DNA of 64,000 nt, from NCBI GenBank assembly GCA_040954595.2, contig CM082577.2:16685903-16749902 (forward strand). The letters are read 5' to 3'. Each line of letters starts with the position of its first letter. The stretch's first letter is position 1. Below, one piece after another: positions 14,278 through 27,883 of the stretch. The translations under genes and the position numbers were made by a program. A model generated the notes under the pieces. The model was not told the DNA's origin. It saw only the letters and a program-made list of their open reading frames with translations, and ran no database searches. Source of the DNA: Balanoglossus misakiensis. Taxonomy: Eukaryota; Animalia; Hemichordata.

Positions 14278-16358
14278 TAAATACACGCCACATCATATGT
14301 ATCACTACAATGAAACAGGTCATCCGCGAACGAGGCTGTAAGGCGTGACTTCCTGACCAGTGTGCAAAATCGATCAGATAAAAATGGCGTCTCGGTAATG
14401 AAGACACGTCGTGTACAGACCTCGCCGACTTTTTCTTGTATTTAGCGTAAAGGACGGTTTTGGTGTGATAGTCATGACAGACGGTAGCCCTGCGTACAGG
14501 GGAAACACACAGACCTGTACGCAGGGCAACATCGATGGTAGCAACACCACTTTCTGCTCGCACGTGCTCGCTCGACTACACTCTCGACCTTGCAACATGG
14601 CGGGCGAAGATTTATCAAAACTATTGGCATTTCTCTGGATACGTGTACTCTGGGCACCGTACTCCTCACGGGATCTGATTCACTCAGATCAGTACACGTC
14701 CTCTGGTGTTAATGCCACATCAGTTTTAGAGCGCATAGCTGGGGTGAAATGACAGTTTATTATCAGTCAGTACACAGCATGACATTTCCCGCCTATTTGG
14801 GCTGTGCATGAGTTCTTTTATGAGCTTTAGGCCGCCGCCCCTCTAAGCGAAAAAGGCACGGTACAGAGCTAGGCTTCGGCACGGCATACTATTATTAGTT
14901 ATAGTACAGTTTAGCATGATATTTTGTTAAATTAAGAGCTAGTTTAAAGCCCCACACTCGCAGTGTAAATTGTGCAAACTTATTTCGTACGTACAGTCAA
15001 AATGCTTGTAGTGGAAGCACACAGGCAGAGATTTTGCTTCGGAAAGAGTAGAGGAAATTAATACTGTAGATTTATGAAAGGAGCGGAGACCATTTTGTAC
15101 TTGCGTTGAGTATATTCCTCACAAACTGTGAGCATTCAGAATGGCATGAGGGGGATACGTTTTTAAAACCTCGCTCAATGAGAGCTTTGCTTTAAAAGTA
15201 TTTAGTATAGAGTCCCAAAGACTTAAAACATGGAGAAGAAAACAACACACATTTTAAAGAGAAAGATCAGAATGAACAAATAGAACTGAAACCGTAAAAA
15301 CTGTTAAAAATACATTAATTAAAAAAAATCACCCAAGAAAAATGATGAAAAATGTAACAAGGAATCATGAACCAGTATGTTTTGCCATCAAGTCATAGAA
15401 AGGGATAGAAGAAATGTTAATGCTAGTGAGGGTCCAAAACTATTTCAATTGCTCATCCTCAACAAACACACGGGTTGTGAATACACATCATACCACAAAC
15501 ACACACTGCACATCGCACATTTCTGGAGTATTTTTTGTAAATGGGAGAGCCATATGTCTACTGTACAGATTAAGGGTGTGGCCTGCTGATTGTTCTGCAT
15601 GGACAGGTTTCTTTCTGCTTTTTCCAAAACTCTTTGTAGTTTTATTTTTCCTTGATACTCAGTTCAGCCTACTCATGAAACAACTTACCGAATAATTTCA
15701 TGAATCTTCAAAACAGATTTTGATGACTGCACATTTACTAAAAAAAAAAAATTATAATTCGGATTATCTGCTTTAATCTTCCATTCCAAATATTTAATCT
15801 GTGTGGAGTTTTGTTATAAAGTACAAAGTAATTAAATTGGGCTATTTTGTCAATGCCCATGTTTTTGATTTTAATTTTATATTACTAAAGCACAGTTTAT
15901 GTGTTCCATTTCACATCTGCTGAACCAAAATGTCAGTGCATATGATTTCACTGCTTTCCTGTCCACAATATTCCAATAAAAGTCTTTACATAAAAAATCA
16001 TGTACATCTTTGTATTTTTCTGTACCGTCTTTTCTCATTTTTGGCTTCGTATCCCATTATATACAGAGAAAATCCTTTTGTATTGTGATATTTGAGTTTT
16101 GGCCACTTTTATACAAATGTTGTTTTCTCGGAAACTGTTTGTCTGATTGCTTTGAACTACGGTAGGCATGTTCCTTATGGTGATTGAAGTAAGATTTTGT
16201 ATGGTGATATTTGAGTTTTAGCCACTTTTATACAAATGTTGTTTTCTTTGAAACTGTTGGTCTGATTACTTAGTACTTTGGTAGGCATGTTTCTTGTGGT
16301 GATTGAAGTAAGATTTTGTATAGTTAGGGCTAGCCCTATTGGTTTCGTTTCTTCTTGT

Positions 16359-17966
16359 TAGGTCCCATTGGTATGGACCATGGGACCTTATGCGATGGGT
16401 TGCGTTTGTATGTATGTATGTATGTATGTATGTATGTATGTATGTATTATGTATGTATGGATGGATGTCCGTCCACATGAAAAACTTGAAAACCGCTGCG
16501 CGTATGACCTTGATATTTGGTGTGTAGATGCAGGCAGGGTTGTAGATGGGAGTTTGTTCAGATGAAGTTGTCATTGCCAAAAATAGGCAAATTAGCTGGG
16601 AAAATGTGAAATTGGTCAAAACTCAAAAACTCAACAACCACTGGTTATATTGATTTGAAAATTGGTATGCATGTACCTTGTGTCAGCCTCATACAGTCCT
16701 GCATGTTTTGAGCTAATATTATCGATTTCCTTTTTTTTATGCATTTTTTTGTATTTTTCCATGTTATTGGTAAAAAGTCTTCATTTCTGAAAGTGATGGG
16801 CTTACTTCTTTGAAATTTAGTATGAAGCTTCCTAATGGTTGTCTGAGTAACCATAGTTTTGTTCAAATTGTTGCAAAATTTGCATATTTATAATTTTCAG
16901 CAATATTTGCCATTTTTGTTGAAATGTTTTTTTCTAAAAACCGCATGCCAGATTGCTTTGCAATTTGGTAGGCATGTTCGTAGGGGTAACCTAAGTAATA
17001 TGTTGTAAAAAATGGGATATTTTCATAAATGTGTTATCAGGAACAATTTTGCAATTTTTGTCAAAAATTGTTTTCTCTGAAACCGCTTGTCATATTGCAT
17101 TGAACTTTGGCAGCATGTTCCTTGTAGTGATTGAAGTAAGATATTGTACAGTTATGGTGATATTTGCATATTTGTGTTTTTGCCACTTTTGTGAAACTGC
17201 TTGTTGGATTGCTTTGAAATTGGTTTTTTTCTGATTGCTTTGAAATTTAGGATATAGTTTCATAACACATACATGTATATGTGCAACTTTTATTCAATTC
17301 TGATACAGGCACCAAATTCAGGCACCAAACTTATCTGTTTTTAAATCAAATGTTAAAACTTTACTTTTTAAATCTGCTTTTAGCCAATTGTTGTGTATTA
17401 TTTGCTTTTAGCGTCATTGATCACATTTTTGTGGATACTGACGCTTTATAAATAAATTATTATTATTTATTTATTATATCAGAAATTTTCAATATTTAGC
17501 GAGTTATTTTGTAAGTTTCTTTGTTTTTGGTTAGCAAATCTTGTCCTAAACCAATTGTCCAGTTGTTTTGAAAGTTACTGTTTACAAGGAGTTGTTACCC
17601 CCAACTTAGAAATGTTTACATAACTTTAATAGGCCAGCTGTTACAGAGACCACCAGCTATTACATTTTTAATTACCAGTGGCAGGTCAGTGTGTGTGTCT
17701 GTCTGTCTGTTCCAGGGCTGACTGAAAGAAGTTGCTTCTCATATGTGTTTGTACAGACAATTTTGGGTCAATTTTTTTATAGCACCACTTGTAAGACTGC
17801 CATGATACATGACAGTTTATTGGGCATGTGCCTTGTTAATTTTTTTACATTTCATATTTCTATGTGGTAAGATCATATCTGCTTGCAATGTCACCTGTAG
17901 TTTTAATTCTGGTGTGTCAATGTTTCCGCATAATCCTCAAATGGGACCACAGTGTCCTTGACGCTA
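16359..17966 (+). mobile_element. Helentron-associated non-autonomous element (HINE/DINE-1-like)
   Basis: 5' TAGGTCCCAT and 3' ATGGGACC subterminal inverted repeats, 3' hairpin GTGTC-cTT-GACGC before a T-run, internal (ATGT)n, tandem GATTGCTTTGAAATTTGG cores. Confidence 0.65.
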
Positions 17967-19279
17967 TTTTGTCAATTCTTTGTTGATGTAGATCTCGGAT
18001 ACCGCTTCTCAAACTATAGTGGTCAAGGTCAATGAGTAGTCGTGCATTGAACCCCTGATTTTCTAATAAGTCGGTGACCTGGCGGCCATATTGGATTTTC
18101 TGGAAAAATTCAAATCTCAGATCTCAGAAACTACAAGTCAGATCGACTTCAAATTTGGCGTGCAGGTAGCCTACCTTCTGCCCATCATTTTTGTCAATGT
18201 TGGAGTTTTTTTGCTACAATTTTCTTCTTGAGTCATTTTTTTGTTCACCTAGATCTCAGAAACCGCTGCAGCTACACTTCTGAAACTTCGCATGGTGGTT
18301 GGGGCCGATAAGTACTCGTGCACCTGACCTTTGAATTTGTAATTAGCCATAATTAAAATTTAAAAATTGGCCTAATTTGCATATGAATGGTGGCATTTCA
18401 ATTCTTTTCTCAAACTTTGTAGACCATATGACTAAGATCCTGTATGCCAAATGTCAAGGTCCTAGGCCATGTAGATTTTGAGATTTTTCTAATACTTTTC
18501 CCACATTTTTTATGATCTCTCGACCAAGCTATTGGCCTATACTTTCCACTTAAGTATGATCACCTGGAATGTTTGAAAATATGCCCAATATCTCAAAATC
18601 TTCTCAGCCGAACAACTTCAAATTTGGTGTGCAGCTAACTAACCTTTTGACAATCATTTCTGTGTATATAAATTTTTCTATGAAATTTATACTTACACTC
18701 ATACCTCTATAGTAAGGCTATATCCACATCTTATTGTGAGATTCTGGAATGTGCAATGGTCTTGGACAGTGACTGTGTAGAACCAAAATAAAAAGCCAAA
18801 TTCGGGGGTCACCTGTGACACCTGCTTAGCTCATTAATTATGTGCATACCTAATTACAAGCTAATGAAACGGACTAGAGGTCTGGTTTTTGTTGCACATG
18901 GACCAATATGGAGCCAAAAATTTTATCTCAAATTTTGGGTGACCTCAGGTGACCTTTGACCAACCTTCCCATATCTCACCATCCACAGCAGTTAGCATTA
19001 ACATTTGATACAATGGATTTGTCATGATTATCTCTATTTGCTTGGGTCCCTTCAATGCTGGTTGCAGCTTTAATTTTTTCTTAAATCTTCTTCTCCAGAA
19101 CGGGCGATAACCAAGTTACAGGGTTTGGGGTATGTGGTCCCATAACTAAACATCTACAGGAGCCTTGATGAAACTGTAGCTGATATGGTCTTATAAATTT
19201 TATCCTATATATGTTAGTTGCTAAATGCCTATACTATGGAGGCAATGACCACTACAGAGTTTTTAACTACCTTTAGAAA

Positions 19280-19571
19280 AACACAGCTGGTAATTATCAT
19301 AGTGTTGCTTGAAAACTACACACTTCAGGCTGGCACAGAATTTATCAAACGGCCCTCTTTCCTAATCCTACTCAAAACCTTCCTACAGTTGGGGCAAACT
19401 AATCTCGGGTGGACGTCTAGGATGTCTAAACTTAATATTCACATGAAAGAGGTCAGTGATCTCCGTGGTGTACTTTATTGCCTCTCTAAAAGTTTCAGTC
19501 AATCTATCACTACTACGGGATTGGGAACATATCCTACACCTATTAGCTATTTCATGTTTGTGGTCAGCCAT
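19280..19571 (-). pseudogene. RAG1 N-terminal (CND/CR1-like) cysteine-rich domain remnant
   Basis: With frameshifts it reads RCRIC...ITDLFHVNI/LDILDVHPRLVCPNC.../FKQHYDNYQLC, matching the RAG1-type CRIC..D..HP..CxxC..H..CxxC pattern. Splice acceptor ~19583 and donor ~19811 lie upstream. Confidence 0.55.
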
Positions 19572-20429
19572 TATCTGAAATTCTGAAAACAAAAACAGCA
19601 TGACATTCAAAATCGCGGCCATTGAAAAACAGCTGATCGATCATGTTATACTATGTTTTCCTGGATGCAATGAGGCACGGACTTTGACAGAAAAATAATA
19701 GGTTTCCACTAAAAAATGCGGCCGATCAATTACACCGTCTTTATCTTAGAACAATTTTTGCGTAAAAAAAAGATCGTTTTAGAAGACATTTGAAAAAATC
19801 GAAAAAACTTACCTCGATGTTGAAGTAGACGGCCCCGTTTTCGACTATGGTAGATGACTTTTACCTTAGTTACTGGTAGTATGTTCTGCACATGCTCAGT
19901 AGTCATTCATAGGGGTTTATGGGAACAACTGTCAGATAGAGTGGTCACGGGAAAGGGTAGAACCGTTAAAAGTATTTAATTTTCCATGATGGTGGCGCTA
20001 AACATTTCAAGCTACAATTACAAACTGTTTGGCTGAAAGTTAGCACATGCGCGCATAATTGAACAAGCTAATTTCTAACAGAGAATGTGATGTGTGGCTG
20101 TGTCTGCCATGTTCTGGACTTTGGTATGCTGCGTCTGCTGGACGACTTTGACTGATGATTATTTGATAGTACAGGGTGTTGTGATGAACTTGCTGATGAT
20201 GTTGGTAAATGCAAAGTTGTTGATGAAGTACGGAATGGTGAAGATTGTGCTGATGGTAGTCTGGGTAGATCTTCAAGTGTTGCTGCTGATGAGCCTGGTT
20301 GTTGTGATGAAGGATGCACAACAGGTGTTCCAGGTTGTGGCGAAATAGTTGTAATTTGGCTTGAGACATGGATTGTTGAGCCAATGCCATGTGTCATCTG
20401 TGTAGCCCCTACTCCCATCATTGACTTCA

Positions 20430-21800
20430 TCTACTATCAGTGGAATGAGATGTCTTAAATAGAAGGCATCAATGTTCTTCCTCAGTCTTTCCCTCAAAAA
20501 TCTATCAAAGGTGATAGGAATGATAATCAAACCCTTCTTTGTGTAAACAATAAAGTCACAGAGATTGACTCTCGACAAGGCCCTCTGTACCTGAACTTGC
20601 ATGTAGTACTAGTGAGATTTTGACAGTGCGTAGCCTCCTTTACCATCACTCTTTATATAAGCAATGATACTCTCGGCAGCATCTTGACGTTTCATGTCCC
20701 TTGCTGATTATGGGCATTTTCACTCAAGGAAGCGGTCAATGCAGCAGTCGCATGAAATCTTCCCATCAGCTGAGGCACCAATGTGAGTCTCTCCTGGATG
20801 AATTGACAAGCAACATCGCTGTACAACTAAATTTTTATGACATGATTACATGACTTCTAGTTATCTCTCAACAGCTATATCTTCATTCTCTCTTCCCCAT
20901 CGTATTGGTGCTGGTGGATTTTTTGTCGTTTATTTTGGAAAGTCATTGAATTCATGACTGTTCTGCAGAGCGTGTCTCCTCTTCTCTCCATGAAGTGGTG
21001 AATAGCATGTATCTTTGATGCTGTCAATCTGTGTTGTCTGTGTTGGTACCAGGCATCACTGCTGCTCTGTTGCAGGGCGTTGTCGAAGACCACTGATGCT
21101 TGTTCAGAATCTGTCGGATTGTCTCAAAAAGTTCGCTACGTGTCGTCTTGTCATTTTCAGCCATGCATCTAGCCACAACTTCAGTCACTGTTTCTGTATT
21201 TCTGGTACTGGGTGCCTCCTCGGGGAATTCTTCACACTCAACTGTCTCTACTTCAACCTCGTCAAATACCTCATCAGACACTGCATCATGGGTTATTCGT
21301 GGACTGGGGTCAGCAATCGTATGTAGGGCGGAGTTATCAACAGATAGTGTCTTGCACTTCCTGAGGATTAATCTCTGAATCACTTGGTAGGGCTGGTCTG
21401 AAGGGTCCTCTGTCTATCATGCCATATTTTGGATGGTGAAAGTCAATTTCATCCACAATAGTAGGCTCAGACTTCTCCGAGTATAAGTTTTTCCACTCGC
21501 ATGGGAGGTCTGTACATGTATTTGGTTGGTTAACACCCAATTCTGTTGCACTCACTATTATAAAATGGTGGGACCCTCAGAGTCTTGGTAACCGTATAAA
21601 GTTACAATGTAAACTCGCTCTGAGATTCAACTTTATTCAATCTGAAAACAGTAACAATCACAAGAGAATCCAAAACACGACTCTGAACGGGCCTGATCAT
21701 CAATCTGTGTCTGTGTAACTGAATACAAAATCGATATGGCCAGATAGGTATTTACAGCTTACAACCAGCAAATCATTACAGTCAGTCATATTCATTGTCA
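20430..21800 (-). pseudogene. SWIM/YqaJ lambda-exonuclease-like protein (ISL2EU/Kolobok-type accessory gene), decayed
   Basis: Motifs CTDLPCEW, QQSSSDAWYQHRQHRLTASK, HIGASADG..CDCC, YYMQVQ, CDFIVYT. Confidence 0.75.
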
Positions 21801-22150
21801 GTTTCACTTTCCTCAGAGTACAGTGATTCTGAATCAGACAGTTGGCTTGTTTCCAGAGAGCTATATACAGCTTGAGTATGTGTCTTGCATTTATACCAAA
21901 AGCAACCATTATTATGAGGATTTTTACATCCTGTACACGAGCATGTAAGATATGGTTTGCATGACCAAAGGAAAACTTAATATAGAGTATATCCAGTACA
22001 CTGAGAGCTTTAGAAACTGATCTCCCCTATGCACACTGAAAGCATGGATGCGACACATTTTGTGCAACATCTGATACATTGTTTTTGGCTAAGCCTGAAA
22101 TACAAACTCAAAAAAGGAGTCTGTAAAGAGGTATGTAAACTCTCACTTAC

Positions 22151-23894
22151 TGAGCATGCTTCAAAGATATTGATCTAACACCTAACTCTCTGGCATTGAC
22201 TTCCATTATTGTAATAGAGTGATGCAGCTGTTGGCATTTAGTCGCCTCCATGGGCTCCGCCATGTAATAGAAATCTTGTAATAAAATAATCATGACAAAA
22301 TGTAAGTGATACTCAATCTCGCATAACTAAAAGTGTCAATGATCTATCACTATCATGCTCCTTTACTCTTGCATTCAAATGATATTCCCTTTCACTATCA
22401 TCTCTTTTGTAGTATTCCATGTTCAGTCAATGAATCCTTTAAAACAAGACTTGATATAAACTGAGTGTTCGTTTTGTTTTTATTGCAAGTTAATAAAAAG
22501 GTATAAAGTTGCCAGGTAAAATAACAAGAAGTTCCAAAGAAACTTACATTCAGTGGATCCTGCGTTAGATTTGCAGCCAGCAGCATGCATCCCTCTGCAA
22601 TGTGGTTGGGTGTGTACTGCTGGCGTATGTCCATCGAGAGCAGCGTTATGTCTGCCAGATTCTACAACAAAATGAAAAATTAATCATTATCAAGACATGT
22701 ATACAGACAATTATGCCAACCTACTGACACCTAAGACAGAAAATAAGATTTTAAAAAAATGATGTTGTTGGAAGTTAACAAAGAAAATGATTATGATAGT
22801 AAACTACAGTTAAAAAGCTCAAGTTTAGATAAATCTTACTATTTTGACACAAACATAAAGTATGGTATGTATACTTTTCAAGATTGCTTGTTTTATTTTG
22901 ACTAACTTTATTAATAAGTGATGTTTTACTTGTTAATCATCTGTCACATCACATCAGATTTCAATCCAAATGTCTTACTTGCGCAACTTCTCTGGTTTCG
23001 GGTTTTATTTGTGGATACAATTCTCATAAACACCCAAGGAAGGTTGTCACTGGAACTGTTGATAATTTGAAATCTAATAATTTCATTATCGACAGTTTCA
23101 TTTTGCAAACATCCCTTAGGGTAAATACATCTGCAGTGTATTCAGCAAATGTGGCAGCTTCATATACCTGCAGTTGTTTGCTGTTATTGCATAAAAGAAA
23201 ATACCTTGGCATTATATGAAAATATGTGCATACATTATTGTACACAAAAGGCAGGCATTGATTTGTCTGGTGGAGTACTTCACCTTGGCCAATCCACTAT
23301 GGGCGTGTCCCCTGCCCCATTTTCACTGTTTCAGAGGGTCAGGAACAACTATTTTGGTGAGATTTTTGTCTACTTACTAATGAAGATAGTCACCTATGTA
23401 GACTCTGTAATGCATGTACAAAGGGTGCTGAGCTATGGCAAGTTACAAAATAAGCTATCTGTGGATTTCAAATCATTGATTTAGTTGGTATTTTATTTTT
23501 GTTGTAGTAATTTAACTGTTTAGGTCATAGAAAAAGACCGAATGTTGATGATTTAAGATGAAACTCATCATCGCCTAACTGTCAAGGTACACAATCTTAC
23601 AGAATTTACGCAACAAAACCAAAAAACCCAATTAATGAAAGTAAATCACTACAGACTGATGCCTTACCTAGCAGTAAATAGGCTGGCCGCAGCAACCAAT
23701 TGTTTAAATTCTACATGGAACGCCCGGCACCTTGTGATAAAGCTGTCGAAATACCACACAGCTGTGTGTACCGTGTCAATGTCAAAATTGAGTTCCGCTG
23801 ACACCGTGTACATCCAGTCGATGCATATAGCTCTATGATAATTGTCCCTCGGTGTCAGTTGAGGGCTCATACTGTACCACACTGGCACACGTTC
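22151..23894 (-). pseudogene. Divergent cyclin (A/B-like cyclin box), spliced; exons ~23668-23894, 22979-23180, 22548-22661, 22151-22277
   Basis: HRAICIDWMYTVSAEL...DTVHTAVWYFDSFI...QLVAAASLFTA/SK..FAEYTADVFTLRDVCKMKLSIMKLLDFKL..NLADITLL..QYTPNHIAEGCMLLA, with GT-AG boundaries. In-frame stop at 23024. Confidence 0.75.
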
Positions 23895-24021
23895 CTGGTG
23901 GAAGAAACAATACCAGTTACACACCATAAATCTTTGTAAACAGTTAAATCCCTTCTAGAGAAAACCCCCACAATCACAATGGCATGTTGGGTAACGTCCT
24001 GAAAGACCCCTAAAGTTCAAG

Positions 24022-25615
24022 TAGTCCTGTTTCATAAGTCAGGTCCATGACATATGTACCGACATCTGTGATTGGTCCATCTGGTAATCTTAGGTCCACT
24101 TGTGGCACGCTGATTGGAGGGACCTTATGTGTTAGGTCTTATCATTATGTATTATTCACTAGACCTTGTAGGTTAGGTCTTATTACTATGTATTATTCAC
24201 TTTACAGCTCCCTGATTGGTTAATGTGTAGGTCTGGTCCTCCAGTGTTCACTGCCTCATTATGCAGGACCTTGTAGGTTAGGTCTTATTACTATGTATTA
24301 TTCACTTTACAGCTCCCTGATTGGTTAATGTGTAGGTCTGGTCCTCCAGTGTTCACTGCCTCATTATGCAGGACCTTGTAGGTTAGGTCTTATTAATATG
24401 TATTTATTCAATTTTCAGCTCCCTGATTGGTTAGTGTGTAGGTCTCCAGTTTTCACTGCCTCGTTATGCAAAGTCTTTTGTACTTTCTGAATACAGTTGT
24501 CGTATTCTGTCTGCCATGCTGCCTGCGCGTTGTCGAAGCTCGATCCCAGTGTATAAAGAAAGGCACTCATATAATGATGGGATTTCACATTTTCCTTCAC
24601 ACTATTCATGGCATTTTATGTGATACTGTGAACTAGATACTCGAAATAAATATTGCCAGGAGAATTTGTTTATTTTATTTCCAGTGGCGGTTTGTTGAAA
24701 TGGGTTAGTGTTTTGTTACGTAATGCCTTTCAGCGCATCACTTCGTGTAACATCTGGCTGAATACGAAGTGTGTGCTATTCATTCGAGCAAACCAAAAAT
24801 ATCTTACAATAGAAATGTTTAGAATAGCATTGCATTTCTTTGGGATACCTCATTAGTTGCTTTACAGGTATGATTACTTTTATTGTACTTCTTTCACGAA
24901 GCTGCACAGTCATAGTTCTATTTTTATGAAAACAATATACGAATGTATAAACGGACAACGTGCTCCACAACATCTTCGTCAAAACAAATTTACTTTAAAA
25001 TAGTAATAACAACAATAATAAAATTGATGATGAGAAGTAGGAGGGTGATTAAAAAAATATACAACTTAGCTAAAATGCTTAGATGAGTTAATCAGATTTT
25101 CAAAGTCCACCTAAAAGATCATTTAATCTTTCCAGGGTGCGGTTTATGTTGGAGATAGTATCAGTCAGGCTATTTCTCAGAAAATCAATGAACGATCTGC
25201 GGACACCCCGAATAATGTGTTACCACAACGCTAGCCAGGAAGCACATGGGACATTTCACAATGAGGCAATGAACACTAAGGGGACCAGACTGACACATTA
25301 ACCAATCAGGGAGCTGTATGGTGAATAAATACATATTAATAAGACCTAACCTACAAGGTCCTGCATAATGAGGCAGTGAACACTGGAGGACCAGACCTAC
25401 ACATTAACCAATCAGGGAGCTGTAACGTGAATAATGCATAGTAATAAGACCTAACCTACAAGGTCTGGTGAATAATACATAGTAATAAGACCTAACACAT
25501 AAGGTCCCTCCAATCAGCGAGCCGCAAGTGGACCTTAGAGAAGCGGATAAACCAATCAGAACATGTAATACGTGTGCATAGGACCTGTGATGTAGGTCAT
25601 TTTGAAACAGGACTA
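24022..25615. mobile_element. Foldback non-autonomous DNA transposon with TAG..CTA (Academ-like) ends and long TIRs built of 105-bp units
   Basis: TAGTCCTGTTTCA ... TGAAACAGGACTA; 24022-24460 is inverted at ~25280-25615; units start at 24162, 24267, 24372. No clean TSD. Confidence 0.75.
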
Positions 25616-26222
25616 GTCAAAGCTTGAATATTTCAAATGCAGTCCAACCCCAAAACCATTCCGCAAGCTACTAAAGTGTAACTAACACATGGAGTCTCAA
25701 AACATAACACCTTCACGGTGGTAATCAGTGGCCTAACCCACATTCGATAACCATTAAGCTGTGTTATTTATTTTATTACACCAAACATTCACACAACATA
25801 CAGGACAAATATCGCACAGTCAGAATTTATATTACCACTACAGTTTAATGGCCAAACATGAAACTGAATTCCATTATGAACATGTTTTGTATTTCATAAA
25901 ACATGTAACATACACTTTAATAAAGAACAATTCTCAACACCAATGAAAACATACTTGTCATTCAATTTGTGCCCACTTATCATTTAATCTGTTACCAACA
26001 ATAAACGCACTGGGCATATACTATTTAGAGGTTATAAACGGCTAGCGAGGGTATTTGGTTGCGGATATAAGACCTCTCAGGTGAAAATGAGCATATTTGG
26101 CGGGAAATCATTATTATTATTTCACCCAAATATGCTAATGGTGGGCAAAGCTGTGTCAGTCCGATTCAAGCTCACGCACAGAGATGACCGCTACATCTGT
26201 GGCACCTAAATTCGTACATATT

Positions 26223-27201
26223 CTATTTTGACGAGTAGTAATTGCTTGTGTAAACATACACATTGCCTTGGAAAGTACAGTTGTTAAATAGATTTGATGT
26301 GGAAACGGAGTTTGAGTGAATACTCTCACGTGTGGACATACTTCTCTGGTCGCATTGTGTGTGAGCAACCATGACCGGTGCCAAAGCTGGAGTCACGACG
26401 GCCTGAACTGGAGCACTTTCGGTAGGGTTTTCTGATGCATCTATCGTTGACATTAAAATATCACTGCATTGCCGTTTCTGCTGGTTGGAACTGTCGCGAC
26501 AATAACTTCTGATGCTCCCTTCATTACGATGACCGCTGAGGTTCTTAATTATCCGAGTCGGGACCCCCGCATCATTCAGCGACTTAATCGTAGTTGCTCG
26601 CACACAGTGGTTTGTATAAACAACGCTTTTTCATTACCTCTCCCAATGAATTGTGACCCAGGGGGCAATTAACGTACCAAATACTGTGATCGTGGGAGAA
26701 ATTGGAAACGGGGCGCTGAAAAAAGGCACTGCATTTGGGATTTAATTTAGATATGTACTTCAAAATAGCCAAAACGGGACACAGAGGAGACCCCGTTCTA
26801 TACATGCGTTTCTCGGACTCGAAATTATCCTTAAGATCCCCGGGGGTGATTTTTTGTCGCTTCAAAATAGGCCAAAGTTATATACTCCCTTCCTTTCGTC
26901 ATCTTGCTTCAAAACAAAACTTCCCTTGTGTAGATCCCGAAGACCCTCCCGCCCCTTCTGCAAAAGAAAAATTCGACATAAAACCAAACTAAACGTTGAA
27001 GTGAAACTGGGTTTGAATCGGAGAGTGTTCCGCTGGTAAACATCTTCTTTAGATCCCCCGAACTTATTGGCGTTTTGTGCCGGATCATATCCATCCCTTC
27101 CCATTTCAGACTCTTTATCTTCCCCACAAACACGTTATTGGCGGTTTGAAATTCTCTGTCTCGCAAGATGTTAATGGGGCTGTTGAACGGTACGTTTGTG
27201 A
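26223..27201 (-). pseudogene. Crypton (CryptonA/DUF3504-type) tyrosine recombinase, 5'-truncated at an LTR
   Basis: VWFYVEFFFCRRGREGLR, PLCPV..KYISK, WY.N.PLG.N.L, YTNHCVRATTI..L..AG....SGHRNEGSIRSY; frameshifted. Confidence 0.85.
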
Positions 27202-27619
27202 TGTAGTAAAGTAATACTCGCCATACGGGGGGAAAGTACTACTCGCGGTTGCACCGACCGTGTATATACTACCTACACAAAGCGGTCGATGCCTATATTA
27301 ACTATTACTAAATACTTAACAACTGTCTTAAACGCTATATATAAAGGTGAGACAGAACTATAAGTGAAAGCTTATCAGTAGCAAGGATATTACTTATGTC
27401 TTGATATAGTTCAGGTACAATTCGGTCTGGTTGGTCTTCAGCTCGTCCAAACGGCGTGCTTTCCCCAGGTCCGCCCACACTGCTGTCGGCCTCATCCATT
27501 GGTGCTGCTCCTGGCAGTCAGATCTCCGTGCTCCGCCTTCCACAGTCATGGCTGGCTGTCGCCCTGGGCAACCGACTCCGGCTGCCAGTCATCCGGGGTC
27601 CAAATGTAATTCCACTACA
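27202..27619 (-). repeat. 3' LTR of the truncated TatD-type Gypsy (copy 2)
   Basis: TGTAGT...ACTACA inverted termini, adjacent polypurine tract on minus (27620-27640), abrupt junction with the Crypton ORF. No partner LTR in the window. Confidence 0.75.
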
Positions 27620-27883
27620 CTCGTCCTTCTTTTCTTTTTTGGGGAGATCCTCCCTGGGGCTATATGTCGGGTAATGGGAAGCCTGAAGCGGTGGGGTTCC
27701 CTGGAAACGTTCGTCGGGCTGGTCCTGAAAATAAAACGATCTTGGGTGGCCTGCGGAATACTCTCTGATATTAGATTCAAGCCTGGGTGGCCGGATTGAG
27801 TTTTTTGTTATTTGACATGCATCTCCTCCGCCAGTGACGGATTCCACACTCTTGGCAGCTCGCCCCTCGCTGTTCATGTCATC

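Noticed and set aside
14281-14900. CpG-rich stretch with short ORFs, possible promoter or first exon
   Set aside because: No recognisable protein or linked downstream exons.
16266-16619. ORFs with MYVCMYVC / HTYIHTYI repeats (also 62864-63082)
   Set aside because: Translations of (ATGT)n microsatellites.
24120-24460. CRISPR-like array
   Set aside because: Whole 105-bp units repeat with no unique spacers, and no cas genes are present.
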